From the IMG/VR virus record IMGVR_UViG_3300038345_000393: a DNA stretch of 64,000 nt; one strand, written 5' to 3'. How positions within the stretch are numbered: position 1 is the first letter of the stretch; each line of letters opens with the position of its first letter. Made by a program: the position numbers and the translations under genes. Below, in pieces: positions 1 through 9,694 of this stretch. The DNA comes from an uncultured virus (IMG/VR IMGVR_UViG_3300038345_000393) (taxonomy: Duplodnaviria > Heunggongvirae > Uroviricota > Caudoviricetes). The notes under the pieces were generated by a model, which saw only the letters and a list, made by a program, of their open reading frames with translations, did no database searches and was not told the origin of the DNA.

Positions 1-243
1 TAAGCAATTCTTTTCATAGATTCTTTAGATAAATAAAAGGGGAAGATAAAACAATAAATGTTTTCTCATATCCCCTTAACCTAACTATATTATATCAATT
101 TATTGATATAAATGCAACATGTATATGTTATTTATGATTTTTATTATTTAATCACTAGACATTTATTTATCAAAACTTGAATTCATTTTTAGCAATTCAT
201 CCCACATCTATGGGGTCGTCATCAAATTGATGTGGGAGGCTTA

Positions 244-921
244 CTAAAATATGGTAAAATTAAAATCGCATTTATAACATTTAAATATATTGCCTTTTTG
301 TAATATAGGAGCACCACATCTAGGACATTTATGGCTTTCAATAGCGTAGGCAATTTCCGCTTGCTGTTGTTTTCGATATGTTTTAATGATATCGATATTT
401 TCTAAGTGTTCATCTATTGATACATCACTGATCTTTTTATCGATCATGGCTTTTATCTTATCTAATGTCTTATTAGTGTATTTATGCTCATATGGATACG
501 AATCAATAAATAAAAGTAAGTCATCTAAATTAATCGCGTTATCATTAGGCATATATGGAGCGTTATTTTGCACAAACACTACGACAGGTATAACTTTATA
601 TTCCCCTCTTAATGCTTTATATAATGTAATCGCATGACTCTTATTTTGTTTTAATGGATCTGGACTTCTAGATCTTTTACCATCTATTATTCTTATCCAA
701 TCCTTATAAACTTCATCGTATATTATTTCTCCATAATAGTTTTTAGTTTCAATAACAAAAATACCATGTGGATGTATCAATATATGATCTATTTGATGAG
801 TCATCTCACTTCTTTTGTTTTTAAAAGTAACGTTATTCAAAAGATGATGATATTCCTTTATTGAATTAAGGATACCACTAACGATTTCTTCACCTTTTTG
901 ACCACGTGATAATTTAGACAT
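244..921 (-). CDS. NERD nuclease-related domain protein with C-terminal zinc ribbon
   Basis: GxxGE start, QIDHILIHPHGIFVIETKNY NERD motif, C-terminal CPRC...CYKC. Confidence 0.85.
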   Translation of the reverse strand: MSKLSRGQKGEEIVSGILNSIKEYHHLLNNVTFKNKRSEMTHQIDHILIHPHGIFVIETKNYYGEIIYDEVYKDWIRIIDGKRSRSPDPLKQNKSHAITLYKALRGEYKVIPVVVFVQNNAPYMPNDNAINLDDLLLFIDSYPYEHKYTNKTLDKIKAMIDKKISDVSIDEHLENIDIIKTYRKQQQAEIAYAIESHKCPRCGAPILQKGNIFKCYKCDFNFTIF

Positions 922-925
922 GTTT

Positions 926-1969
926 CTATTTTCGATAATACATTGCGTCTTTAAAAGAGCCTATTTTGATTATTTTTTCTTCCTTTAATAATTTAGATAA
1001 AATAGTTTCCACAAGGTTCTCACTAACATCGGGCAATTGTTCAATTATCTCAGCTTTTTTTAAGGGGACAAAGGTATTTAATAATACTTGTTCTATTCTT
1101 TCACTCTTATTGAGTTTTTTATCAATTTGTTTAAAAACATTTTCATCTAGTAAAGTATATGAGCGATATAAAACTTGAATCATATAGAGTAAGAAAGGTT
1201 CATAGTCATTGTTATTATCACGCCAATTTATAGAAGACTTATATAAAGCTTCATAATAGTCCCCTTTAGTGTCATTAATAATCTTTTCAATGGAGATGAA
1301 TCTTCCAACACTAAAACCAGCTTTATAAAGCAATAAAAGTGTCAATAATCTCGACATTCTACCATTTCCATCATCAAATGGATGGATGCACAAAAAATCC
1401 AATATAAAGCAAGGAATTAATAGTAATTGATTAATATCTGGATCATGAATTGCTTGATTATAAGCAAGAAGTAATTGCTCCATTGATTCTTTTACTTCTT
1501 TTGGAGCGGTTGGCTTAAATATAACGTAGCTCTTACCATTTCTTCTTTCACTAATCACATTGGGCTCTTTTTTATAATTACCACGTCCACTTATTTCTGC
1601 GACTTCTAATAATTCTTTATGCATCGCTAAAATGGATGTTTCATCAAATATAATGGTTTGGTAAAAATTATGAATATTGTTTAAAACATTTCTATAGCCA
1701 ATAATCTCTTTTTCAGAATGAGTAAAAGCAGAATTATCGCCATTAGCGATATCATTAATTCTTTTTTCTGTAGTATGAATATTTTCAATAGCGTTGCTGG
1801 CTTTAATAGAATCTCTAATTGCTTTCTTTTTGAGCTTATTAAATAAGGATGGTGAAGATAATAGCCTAGCGTTCTCTTTACCATTGATATCACAAATGAT
1901 AGATATTAAAGAAACGATTCTTCCTGAAATTTTATCTTTTAAAAACGAATAATCAAATTTTCTAACCAT
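926..1969 (-). CDS. Fic family protein (AMPylase-type)
   Basis: Canonical HPFDDGNGRMSR motif; C-terminal wHTH-like region. Confidence 0.9.
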   Translation of the reverse strand: MVRKFDYSFLKDKISGRIVSLISIICDINGKENARLLSSPSLFNKLKKKAIRDSIKASNAIENIHTTEKRINDIANGDNSAFTHSEKEIIGYRNVLNNIHNFYQTIIFDETSILAMHKELLEVAEISGRGNYKKEPNVISERRNGKSYVIFKPTAPKEVKESMEQLLLAYNQAIHDPDINQLLLIPCFILDFLCIHPFDDGNGRMSRLLTLLLLYKAGFSVGRFISIEKIINDTKGDYYEALYKSSINWRDNNNDYEPFLLYMIQVLYRSYTLLDENVFKQIDKKLNKSERIEQVLLNTFVPLKKAEIIEQLPDVSENLVETILSKLLKEEKIIKIGSFKDAMYYRK

Positions 1970-2014
1970 AATTAATATTTACTAACTAAAATATAGTATA
2001 AATTAGGCAGTAAA

Positions 2015-2299
2015 TCAATTATTTTCTATTAAGATATATCGTTCACTTCTACGATCATATATAAGTTCATAAGGAAGATTGAAATTATATATAAAAGCTT
2101 TAATTTCTTGAATATATCTCCAGAAAGATAAATCTGTTATTTCTAATGCGTTTAATATTTCTTCTTTTTTAACGTAACCCCTATTTTTAAGGATATTGAA
2201 AATATAGAGGAGACCTTGTCCTTTCATGACTTTCATTCTTATTACCTTCTTCTTTTTAAAAGCAGGTATACCTAATGTGTCGACATCTTCATTATCCAT
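2015..2299 (-). CDS. small winged-helix DNA-binding protein
   Basis: KEEILNALEITDLSFWRYIQEI resembles an HTH, followed by a YDRRSERY wing. Confidence 0.5.
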   Translation of the reverse strand: MDNEDVDTLGIPAFKKKKVIRMKVMKGQGLLYIFNILKNRGYVKKEEILNALEITDLSFWRYIQEIKAFIYNFNLPYELIYDRRSERYILIENN

Positions 2300-2413
2300 A
2301 ATTGATAGTTAAATAGTGGTTAAATAAAGGGTGATTATTTTAAATAAACTATAGATATGATAAAAAGAGCCACTATCAACAAACGATAGTTGTGTAATTA
2401 ATAGATTCATCAT

Positions 2414-2455
2414 TAAAAAAGAGTTCCAAATGATTAATTATTCAAAGGAACTCTT
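2414..2455 (-). terminator. intrinsic terminator after SPFH gene
   Basis: AAGAGTTCC...GGAACTCTT inverted repeat with an A-run on its + strand left side. Confidence 0.65.
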
Positions 2456-2462
2456 ATACGAA

Positions 2463-3758
2463 TTATAAGTTAGGAATATCTGGTGGGAAATATGAAGCAA
2501 ATTCAACAAAAGAAGATGCCTTTTCCCAACTTGGAGTATCTGACTTCCAAATGAGCGTATCTTTTTTGACTTGCCCAGAAGAAATCATTTCTATTATCTT
2601 TCCACCCTCAAATGGCCCAAAAGGTTGCCCGTTTTGCGCTATATGATAAGTTGGCTTATTTTGTGGGATTGGAGGTGGCACACTATTAACATTGGGATTC
2701 AATGAATTATCTAATGTATTAGCAATGTTTTTACCAACCGCGGACCCTACAGCGATGCCCGCCATAAGAGTCATTGGGTTAAAGCCAGCATTTCCACTAC
2801 CATCACCCATATTGATATTGCCAGCGCCATTTTCTCCCATTTTGCCTAAAGCGTCAGCACTAGCGACACCAACTTCGCCTTTAATTTCAGTTTGATAAGC
2901 GCCAAGATTTTGTTGTTTAGTAGACATATGTTGAGCATATTGTCCTTCTTCTCTTTGGATACGCAACTGTTCTTCATAGTGTTCAATGTTTGCCTGAGCT
3001 TGTCTTGTGACGATATCCTTTGTGATGCGTTTTAATTCAATATAGGTCTCGCTTTCTTTATCAACCTCAATATTGACAATATCAAAAGACTTCATTCTTA
3101 TACCGAAATTGTCTTTTAATTTTTTAGTTAGCTCATCCTCGATTCTGCTCGAAATAGTTGAAATACTAGTTTCAATAGAAATGGCTGGAATGTTTTGTTC
3201 ACGACAAATATTGGTAACTGCACCCTTAATATATCTAGTCACGCTAGCATTGACTTTATCTTTTAGTTCATCAAGAGTTAGTGTCTTTAAACGATAAAAC
3301 TTAATAAAGTTGCGATAATCTTCAATTTCAAAAGTTAGAGTTCCTCTCACGCTAACAGGAATGGGAAAATCAGGATAGCGAGGATCAACAACATCAAAAT
3401 AAGGGACACCAAACCTAATTTGCTCTGCTTGTGCAAGATTAATAAAATATACTTCCGCCTGAAAAGGTGTATCCCCTTCGTACCACAAACCAATTATTTT
3501 AGAAAGAACTGGAAGGTTCATTGAGGACAGTCTACCGTCATAAGGACCATTAATATAGTCTTCACCGTTATGATATACAAAAACTGCTACTTCACCATTT
3601 TTAACACGAATAACAGAACTTGATCTAATGGCATTTTCCCTTTTTAGTTCACCTTCTTGATAACCGTTTGGATGCCACTTCCAAATTAAATAATCTTTTT
3701 CATCACAGCGGATTACATCAGCAAACCCGCCCTTTTTGGGTTTATTAAATATGGACAT
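2463..3758 (-). CDS. SPFH/band-7-like protein with C-terminal GYF_2 (DUF4339)-like domain
   Basis: VRVKNGEVAVF and AEVYFINL SPFH-like segments; C-terminal YHIAQNGQPFGPF...TLIWK...WEKA. Confidence 0.75.
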   Translation of the reverse strand: MSIFNKPKKGGFADVIRCDEKDYLIWKWHPNGYQEGELKRENAIRSSSVIRVKNGEVAVFVYHNGEDYINGPYDGRLSSMNLPVLSKIIGLWYEGDTPFQAEVYFINLAQAEQIRFGVPYFDVVDPRYPDFPIPVSVRGTLTFEIEDYRNFIKFYRLKTLTLDELKDKVNASVTRYIKGAVTNICREQNIPAISIETSISTISSRIEDELTKKLKDNFGIRMKSFDIVNIEVDKESETYIELKRITKDIVTRQAQANIEHYEEQLRIQREEGQYAQHMSTKQQNLGAYQTEIKGEVGVASADALGKMGENGAGNINMGDGSGNAGFNPMTLMAGIAVGSAVGKNIANTLDNSLNPNVNSVPPPIPQNKPTYHIAQNGQPFGPFEGGKIIEMISSGQVKKDTLIWKSDTPSWEKASSFVEFASYFPPDIPNL

Positions 3759-3767
3759 ATAGCCTCC

Positions 3768-4586
3768 TTATTTTCGTTTGTTGCGTTCTTTTTCTATTTT
3801 TAAAGCTGCCTTTTGGCGGTTCTTTTCAATTTTCAAATTCTTTTCTTCTTCATATTCTTTAGCGGTTTTTTTCTTTTTAACCCCGATGACTAAAAGAATA
3901 ATACCTACCGCTAAGACAGCCAGACAGACATAAACTAAAATCAAAGAAGTAGTAGAATGCTCTCCTTCTGGTGTATTCGGAAGTAAGGCTGCTATCACAA
4001 AACCTATAGATGCTACAATAATTGTACTAAGGCCTGATATAAACAAAATCAATCGATTTTTAGATGTTTTGTTTAGTTTAGAATGAACGCCTTCGTATAT
4101 ATTGCGAATTGGTTCTAAATCATCCGCTCTTGTGAATAATACTTTTGCTTTTTGATAGCATTGCTCAATCTTTGTTAACCAAGCGCTATCGATTGTTTCT
4201 TGCTTTTTATAAGACAAATAATGTTTAACATCAAAATTAGAAGATGCTAAAAACATGAATTCCATAATATCTTCTTTGTTGCTTGGAATAGGAAATGTTT
4301 TTATGAGGTCGATTTTTTTAATGTCATCATCAGTGGCATCTAATTTATTAGTCAATTCTTTAATAGAACTCAAGACTTCTCTACCGCGTATTTCATGCCC
4401 ACATGCTGGACATCTTGCCACATTAGAAGGTAATATTTCACCACAATAAGGACATTTAAAAACTTTTCCTTCTTTGGCAGTTTCTTCTTTTTTTGGTTCT
4501 TCAAATGAACCAACCTTTGCACCACATTTATCACAAAATTTAGCAGCATCATTTAATTCTGCTCCGCAGTTTTGACAAAATTTCAT
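3768..4586 (-). CDS. double zinc-ribbon membrane protein
   Basis: CQNCG...CDKCG and CPYCG...CPACG; two C-terminal hydrophobic helices. Confidence 0.75.
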   Translation of the reverse strand: MKFCQNCGAELNDAAKFCDKCGAKVGSFEEPKKEETAKEGKVFKCPYCGEILPSNVARCPACGHEIRGREVLSSIKELTNKLDATDDDIKKIDLIKTFPIPSNKEDIMEFMFLASSNFDVKHYLSYKKQETIDSAWLTKIEQCYQKAKVLFTRADDLEPIRNIYEGVHSKLNKTSKNRLILFISGLSTIIVASIGFVIAALLPNTPEGEHSTTSLILVYVCLAVLAVGIILLVIGVKKKKTAKEYEEEKNLKIEKNRQKAALKIEKERNKRK

Positions 4587-4650
4587 GCTATAATCCTCTT
4601 TTCTTCATCATTATGAAAAGAAAGACTATCTATTTTTGATAGTTATTAAA

Positions 4651-6021
4651 CTATTTATTATTTTTTATAACAATAAGAGGGATTATGCCACTACAAGAAA
4701 TGCCATCGATTGGTGTGCTGGCAAATATTATGTTGTTTCCTATTGAACCGGTTACTGTTATATCTGGCTCATAATAAGGGTCTTCTGTTATGATTTCTTC
4801 TTTAATACACCAGCTAAATAAGCCATCATTGTTATATCCAAGAGCGCCTTTTGTTCTAGCGTATTCACTACTACCACAAACCACTCCTGGCCAATAAAGA
4901 GCGTGAGGGATAAAAACATAATCGGTGCTAGACATATTGTATATATCAGCGGCCATCAATTTATCTTTGCAGTCATAAAAAGCCTTGTTATAAAAATCAT
5001 TATTTAACCAATTTCTAATATATGATTCTTTATAATCATTTGATTCGTCATCAAAAATGATGCCATCATCTAAAGTAAGGTCAGCAAATAAGATAATCTC
5101 GCCATTATCAAACTCACCTATTGTTTTCCACTTAATTGGTTCAACTTTAAACCAATAATAATTGTCGTTTTTCACTATTTCTCCATTGTTAAAAGTTAGT
5201 GATGTAATAGCCCCATTGGCTATTTGATCATCTGTTGGAGTCGATACCTTAGCTTTGACACATTCATAATATTCATCATTATATTTGGTGTAACCAAATT
5301 CATTTCTAGCACTTATGCTATTTAAGGTGCCTATTAAATCTTCATCACTTACTAAAGATTGAGGGTAATATCCTAATGTATGGGTTATTTCTTTTGGTAC
5401 AGTCCAATTAATGTTATTAATTATTTCTTCGCTAGAATTGATGATTTTATTATTTTTTGTATTACTAATGATAGCTAAAGTAATACCAACTGCTAAAGAG
5501 GCAGAAGATATAGCGGTAATGATTGGTAGAACTATTAATAATGTTTTTGTTTTCTTTTTTTCTTTTTGAATATCTTCCGGTTTATAGTTTAAGCAAAAAT
5601 ATAAAACATCTAATCTTGTTTTAAATAATTTGCCTAATAATATGAATTGCTCAATGGATGGAAAAGAAGAACCCTTTTCGTATTTGATTAGTTGATTAAC
5701 ATTACACGATATAGCGTCAGCAACTTGTTTTTGTGTTAGATTCTTTTTCTTTCTTAGTCTTTTGATATTATTAGCAAACTCAGCTGCGTTAAAAGATAAT
5801 TCGTCGCATAAATTATTCTTTTTAATGTTTTTAGAATAAATAATGCCTTCTAAATCAATTTGTAAAAGGGAAGCATATTTGCCTAGTACTGATAATGATG
5901 GACTGTTCTTACCACTTTCCCACATGGAAACAAGTTGAACAGTGTAGCCTAAAGCATTAGCAATATCGCTTTGTGATAAACCCGCTTCTATTCTTCTTTC
6001 ATACAAAAATGATTTTTCCAT
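4651..6021 (-). CDS. membrane-anchored tandem XRE HTH protein with C-terminal DUF6273-like domain
   Basis: Two HTH_3 repeats (LSQSDIANALG...WESG; LTQKQVADAIS...YEKG), one TM helix, YWFKVEPIKW and SYIRNWLNNDFY. Confidence 0.7.
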   Translation of the reverse strand: MEKSFLYERRIEAGLSQSDIANALGYTVQLVSMWESGKNSPSLSVLGKYASLLQIDLEGIIYSKNIKKNNLCDELSFNAAEFANNIKRLRKKKNLTQKQVADAISCNVNQLIKYEKGSSFPSIEQFILLGKLFKTRLDVLYFCLNYKPEDIQKEKKKTKTLLIVLPIITAISSASLAVGITLAIISNTKNNKIINSSEEIINNINWTVPKEITHTLGYYPQSLVSDEDLIGTLNSISARNEFGYTKYNDEYYECVKAKVSTPTDDQIANGAITSLTFNNGEIVKNDNYYWFKVEPIKWKTIGEFDNGEIILFADLTLDDGIIFDDESNDYKESYIRNWLNNDFYNKAFYDCKDKLMAADIYNMSSTDYVFIPHALYWPGVVCGSSEYARTKGALGYNNDGLFSWCIKEEIITEDPYYEPDITVTGSIGNNIIFASTPIDGISCSGIIPLIVIKNNK

Positions 6022-6048
6022 ACTATCTTATAAAAAGCAAAAACTGCT

Positions 6049-6540
6049 CTAAAGCAGTTCTTTTTTCTTTGCATCATATTCTTCTTGAGTAATGATGCCT
6101 TTATCTAATAATTCTTTATATTTAATCAATTGAGATACATCTTTGTTTTCTTGCTTTCTAGCAATCTTAGCTTGTCTTGCTTCCAATCTAGCTTGTCTAG
6201 CCTTTTCATTAGCGTAGACTTTTTCATAATATGCATAAGCATGTTGAACATACGCTTCGTCTGGTTGTTTTCTAAAAGATATAGCAAAACAAATAGCGCC
6301 TGCGATAGCCACGATTGCACAAGAAATAACAACACCTAAGAAATATAATGAAAGAGTTTCGTTGTGCACTGTTAATGCAAATATAGCGTAAATAACTGCT
6401 GAACTAATAGCAGTAGCTATTAAACCTAGACCAACACCTCTAGGTATCCAATAGAACTTTGGATAATGTTGTTTACCAAATGCTAATAATTCTTGTCTTG
6501 TATACTCTTTTTCCCCAATGATGTATTTATTTTGTTCCAT
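6049..6540 (-). CDS. two-TM SHOCT domain protein
   Basis: C-terminal KYKELLDKGIITQEEYDAKKKELL; two TM helices. Confidence 0.75.
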   Translation of the reverse strand: MEQNKYIIGEKEYTRQELLAFGKQHYPKFYWIPRGVGLGLIATAISSAVIYAIFALTVHNETLSLYFLGVVISCAIVAIAGAICFAISFRKQPDEAYVQHAYAYYEKVYANEKARQARLEARQAKIARKQENKDVSQLIKYKELLDKGIITQEEYDAKKKELL

Positions 6541-6611
6541 AGATTGAAATATTATACCAAGTATACTACTTTATGGCTTGGTTTTTTATTTTTTGTAATA
6601 ACAAATTGTTG

Positions 6612-9080
6612 TTATTCATAATCAGCCAATTCCCAATGATAAGTTTTAGTATTGCCTATTCTGACAATGTATTTTTTCTTTTCAAGGCTTTTTACTCTTT
6701 CTTCTATCATTCGCCTTGAATAATTTGGAAAAGCCAATTCCAAATCTTTATAATGGCAATTTGGATTATTTTTAATGAAATCTAATACTCCTTTTTCTTG
6801 TATTGTTAACTTGCAGAGCATTTTTTCATACTCCTCTCTTGTGTATTCGTTAAGTTCTATTTTTGAAATATCGATGCTGCAACAACGTGGCGCCTTTGAT
6901 TTGTCCAACGTTTCATAACCACCACCAATAAAAATATGCAAATAATATGCCGAACGTTTCTTGGCTTGATAGAAAAGTTGATACGTAATTTTTGAATCAA
7001 GGTAACCAATGTTGCTAACAGAAGGAGAAACTGTTTTAATTTCCATCACCGCTGATTTACTTGATAAATCACATAGCGCTAAAACTTTGTTATTTTCGGA
7101 AAGGACTAATTCTTGGCTAAATATTTCTTCGTTAACAAAAATATTATTTCTTATAAAATCAAAAGTTGACTTTAATTCGTTTTTGATCGCTAAAGCGACA
7201 TCATTTACTTCTTCAATAAACTCTTTGTCTTTTTCGTTTACTGCTTCAACGAGTCCATCATCGTCTATAGTAATAGGAATTTCGTTGATATTTCTTTCTA
7301 TAGTAGCAATCTTTTCTAATTGCATTTTATTTTTAATTAGGAACGATGAGTTGTCTTGCTCAACAGCCCCTAGACTAGCATAGATAATATTTTCTAAAGA
7401 AATGCCTGTAATATTAGTGTCAAATTTTTTGATCTTATTAAGCACTCTCTCAGAAATTTCGTAATGAAAAACTGGTTTAATGTTTCCTAATACATATCTA
7501 ACCGGAATGTCAGTGTATTGATAGATTTTTGGGTTTTGAATTAACACAGTAATTGGAACAACATAATTTTTATTAAACTTATAGTATTTATTACCAATTC
7601 TGATAGGTTTATATTCTATAAATTTTTCAAACAACTTCCATTCAAGCAAACAGTCATTTAATCCAGAGTGGACTTCTTTCACACCATCTATCCCGAATAG
7701 TTTGCACATATTATCTTTGCTAGCACTTCCAGCAAGATCAAATGCTCCGGATGGAATATGCCTTTTGATGTTTTCAAATTTTAAATCATCAAAACCGGTC
7801 AGTTCTTGTCTTTGGAAGTAGTTTTGAACGAACAAAGAGTCAAAATCATCAGGACCATAAACTAGTAACGTTCTATTTTTCAAATTAAAAAACTCAACAA
7901 TTTTGTTGGCTTCTGCTTGATTGATATGTAGTTTATCTTTTAAATCAGAATCATTTATACCATTGATGTAAGAAGTGGCCACAGAAGGCTGCATATCTAA
8001 AGGAAGGAATCTGTTATAGCAAACTTTCTTCAAAGGGTCGTATATAGATATTGAAAGCAAATCATCATTCTTTTTGCTCAATCCATTTGTTTCAACATCT
8101 AAAACGACATAATCTTTTGCCAGCTCTTCATCGCTTTCATATTCAACACCAATCAACGATTCATTGAACAAATCACCGCTTCCTGCAGGGGTATACGGCT
8201 TGTAATTTGGAATGTCTTTTATGGCTTTCTTGTATTTTTTTAAGGCGTTTTTCAACTTATTATCATTTGGATCCTTTTCAATTAGTTTTTCATATTTGGT
8301 AATTCTTTTGTTAATTGCATCATATTCGGTCTTCCCGTCTCTTAAAGCAACAATAAAATAATCAAATCTATCTTCAAAATCCATTCCAAAGTTAACAGCA
8401 ACAGTTTTGAATTTTGCAATTATCCCAAAACTTTCAGTCATGTAGTAGTTGGCGTTTTCGTTATAATCATCTTGAACAGAAAAAGAATCAGTGATTTTGA
8501 TATAATCAGCAAGACTTATGTATTTCACTCTAGAATCTGCAAACAACTTCATAGATGAATTATAATTTATTTTTTCGAATACACTAATTGTTTTTCTTCC
8601 ATATTGGGTAAAACCATTCTTAATGTATTCTCTTTTTAAATCTTCAAGTAAGTTTTGTTGTTTTTCCTCAGACAAAAAGCGATAGGCAAAGGCTTTAATT
8701 AATACCAAATCACCAGATTCTACACCTTCAGATAATTCTTTGTTCCCTCTTCCTTTTATTTGAAGATTAATCGAATTAAACATTTTGTCAGATTCATTAA
8801 TATAAAAATTATTATTAGCTTTGTTGATGATTATAAAGGCGCCTTTGCATTCATAATTAGAAGCGTTTTGTCCGTTATATGCTTTAAGCGTAAGTTGTCT
8901 TATTTCGTTAAACTCATCAATACAGATTTCAGTTTCGCCTTTAACGAAGTTTTTCCACTTTGCTTCTATTCTTTCAAAAACCTCTTTTCTTTTATTCCCC
9001 CACGAAATAATAAAAACAAAAAGACCACCAAAAAGAAAAATAAAGACGATTATTAGAACAGCATAAACACCATCAAACAT
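6612..9080 (-). CDS. membrane-anchored DEDDh 3'-5' exonuclease-domain protein
   Basis: N-terminal TM; VVLDVETNGL (ExoI) and HSGLNDC (ExoIII); C-terminal wHTH-like segment. Confidence 0.7.
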   Translation of the reverse strand: MFDGVYAVLIIVFIFLFGGLFVFIISWGNKRKEVFERIEAKWKNFVKGETEICIDEFNEIRQLTLKAYNGQNASNYECKGAFIIINKANNNFYINESDKMFNSINLQIKGRGNKELSEGVESGDLVLIKAFAYRFLSEEKQQNLLEDLKREYIKNGFTQYGRKTISVFEKINYNSSMKLFADSRVKYISLADYIKITDSFSVQDDYNENANYYMTESFGIIAKFKTVAVNFGMDFEDRFDYFIVALRDGKTEYDAINKRITKYEKLIEKDPNDNKLKNALKKYKKAIKDIPNYKPYTPAGSGDLFNESLIGVEYESDEELAKDYVVLDVETNGLSKKNDDLLSISIYDPLKKVCYNRFLPLDMQPSVATSYINGINDSDLKDKLHINQAEANKIVEFFNLKNRTLLVYGPDDFDSLFVQNYFQRQELTGFDDLKFENIKRHIPSGAFDLAGSASKDNMCKLFGIDGVKEVHSGLNDCLLEWKLFEKFIEYKPIRIGNKYYKFNKNYVVPITVLIQNPKIYQYTDIPVRYVLGNIKPVFHYEISERVLNKIKKFDTNITGISLENIIYASLGAVEQDNSSFLIKNKMQLEKIATIERNINEIPITIDDDGLVEAVNEKDKEFIEEVNDVALAIKNELKSTFDFIRNNIFVNEEIFSQELVLSENNKVLALCDLSSKSAVMEIKTVSPSVSNIGYLDSKITYQLFYQAKKRSAYYLHIFIGGGYETLDKSKAPRCCSIDISKIELNEYTREEYEKMLCKLTIQEKGVLDFIKNNPNCHYKDLELAFPNYSRRMIEERVKSLEKKKYIVRIGNTKTYHWELADYE

Positions 9081-9116
9081 ATATCTATTTTTCTAATTGT
9101 GTGCAAGAAAGAAATG

Positions 9117-9623
9117 CTATCCCAATATTTCTCTTCTTTTAGCTTCGTATTCTTCTCGAGAGATTACTCCGCCTTTAAGGAGTCTATCATATCTCGCCAA
9201 AGTTTCTTTGTCTCTTTGAGATAATATTCTTTCAACTTTTGCTTTTTCAGTATTAGGGGCTAAAGCTTCTTCTTTTAGTTCTACTTTAGTGAGGTATGCT
9301 AAAGCGTGATTGATATACTTTTGTTCTGTTCTACCAACAAAAGAAAGAATAAAACAAATTAAACCCGCTAGAGCCATAAGACCAAATACTCCTAATGGAA
9401 TATAAAAGACCCAAATAGGAAAATCTGGATCAAAAACACCTGCTTTATTAAGAATAAGCATTACTAAACCAATCATACCCATTACCAATAAACCTATAAG
9501 AAAGAAAACGATACCTAATCCTCTAGCAATCCAATAGAACTTTGGATAATGTTCTTTGCCAAACGCTATTAGTTGTTCTCTACTATATGTTTTATCACCA
9601 ACTGTATATGTATCTTGTTTCAT
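9117..9623 (-). CDS. two-TM SHOCT domain protein, paralogue of 6049..6540
   Basis: Shared N-terminus (AFGKxHYPKFYWIxRGxG) and SHOCT tail LLKGGVISREEYEAKRREIL. Confidence 0.75.
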   Translation of the reverse strand: MKQDTYTVGDKTYSREQLIAFGKEHYPKFYWIARGLGIVFFLIGLLVMGMIGLVMLILNKAGVFDPDFPIWVFYIPLGVFGLMALAGLICFILSFVGRTEQKYINHALAYLTKVELKEEALAPNTEKAKVERILSQRDKETLARYDRLLKGGVISREEYEAKRREILG

Positions 9624-9694
9624 AATTAATCACTTTCCTTTTTTACAGATGAATCGTTCTACCTATGACTGACTTCTTAGATATATGGACATTA

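Noticed and set aside
199..238. Inverted repeat TCCCACATC/GATGTGGGA after the NERD gene
   Set aside because: Best explained as a terminator-like or stabilising hairpin; no further structure or copies
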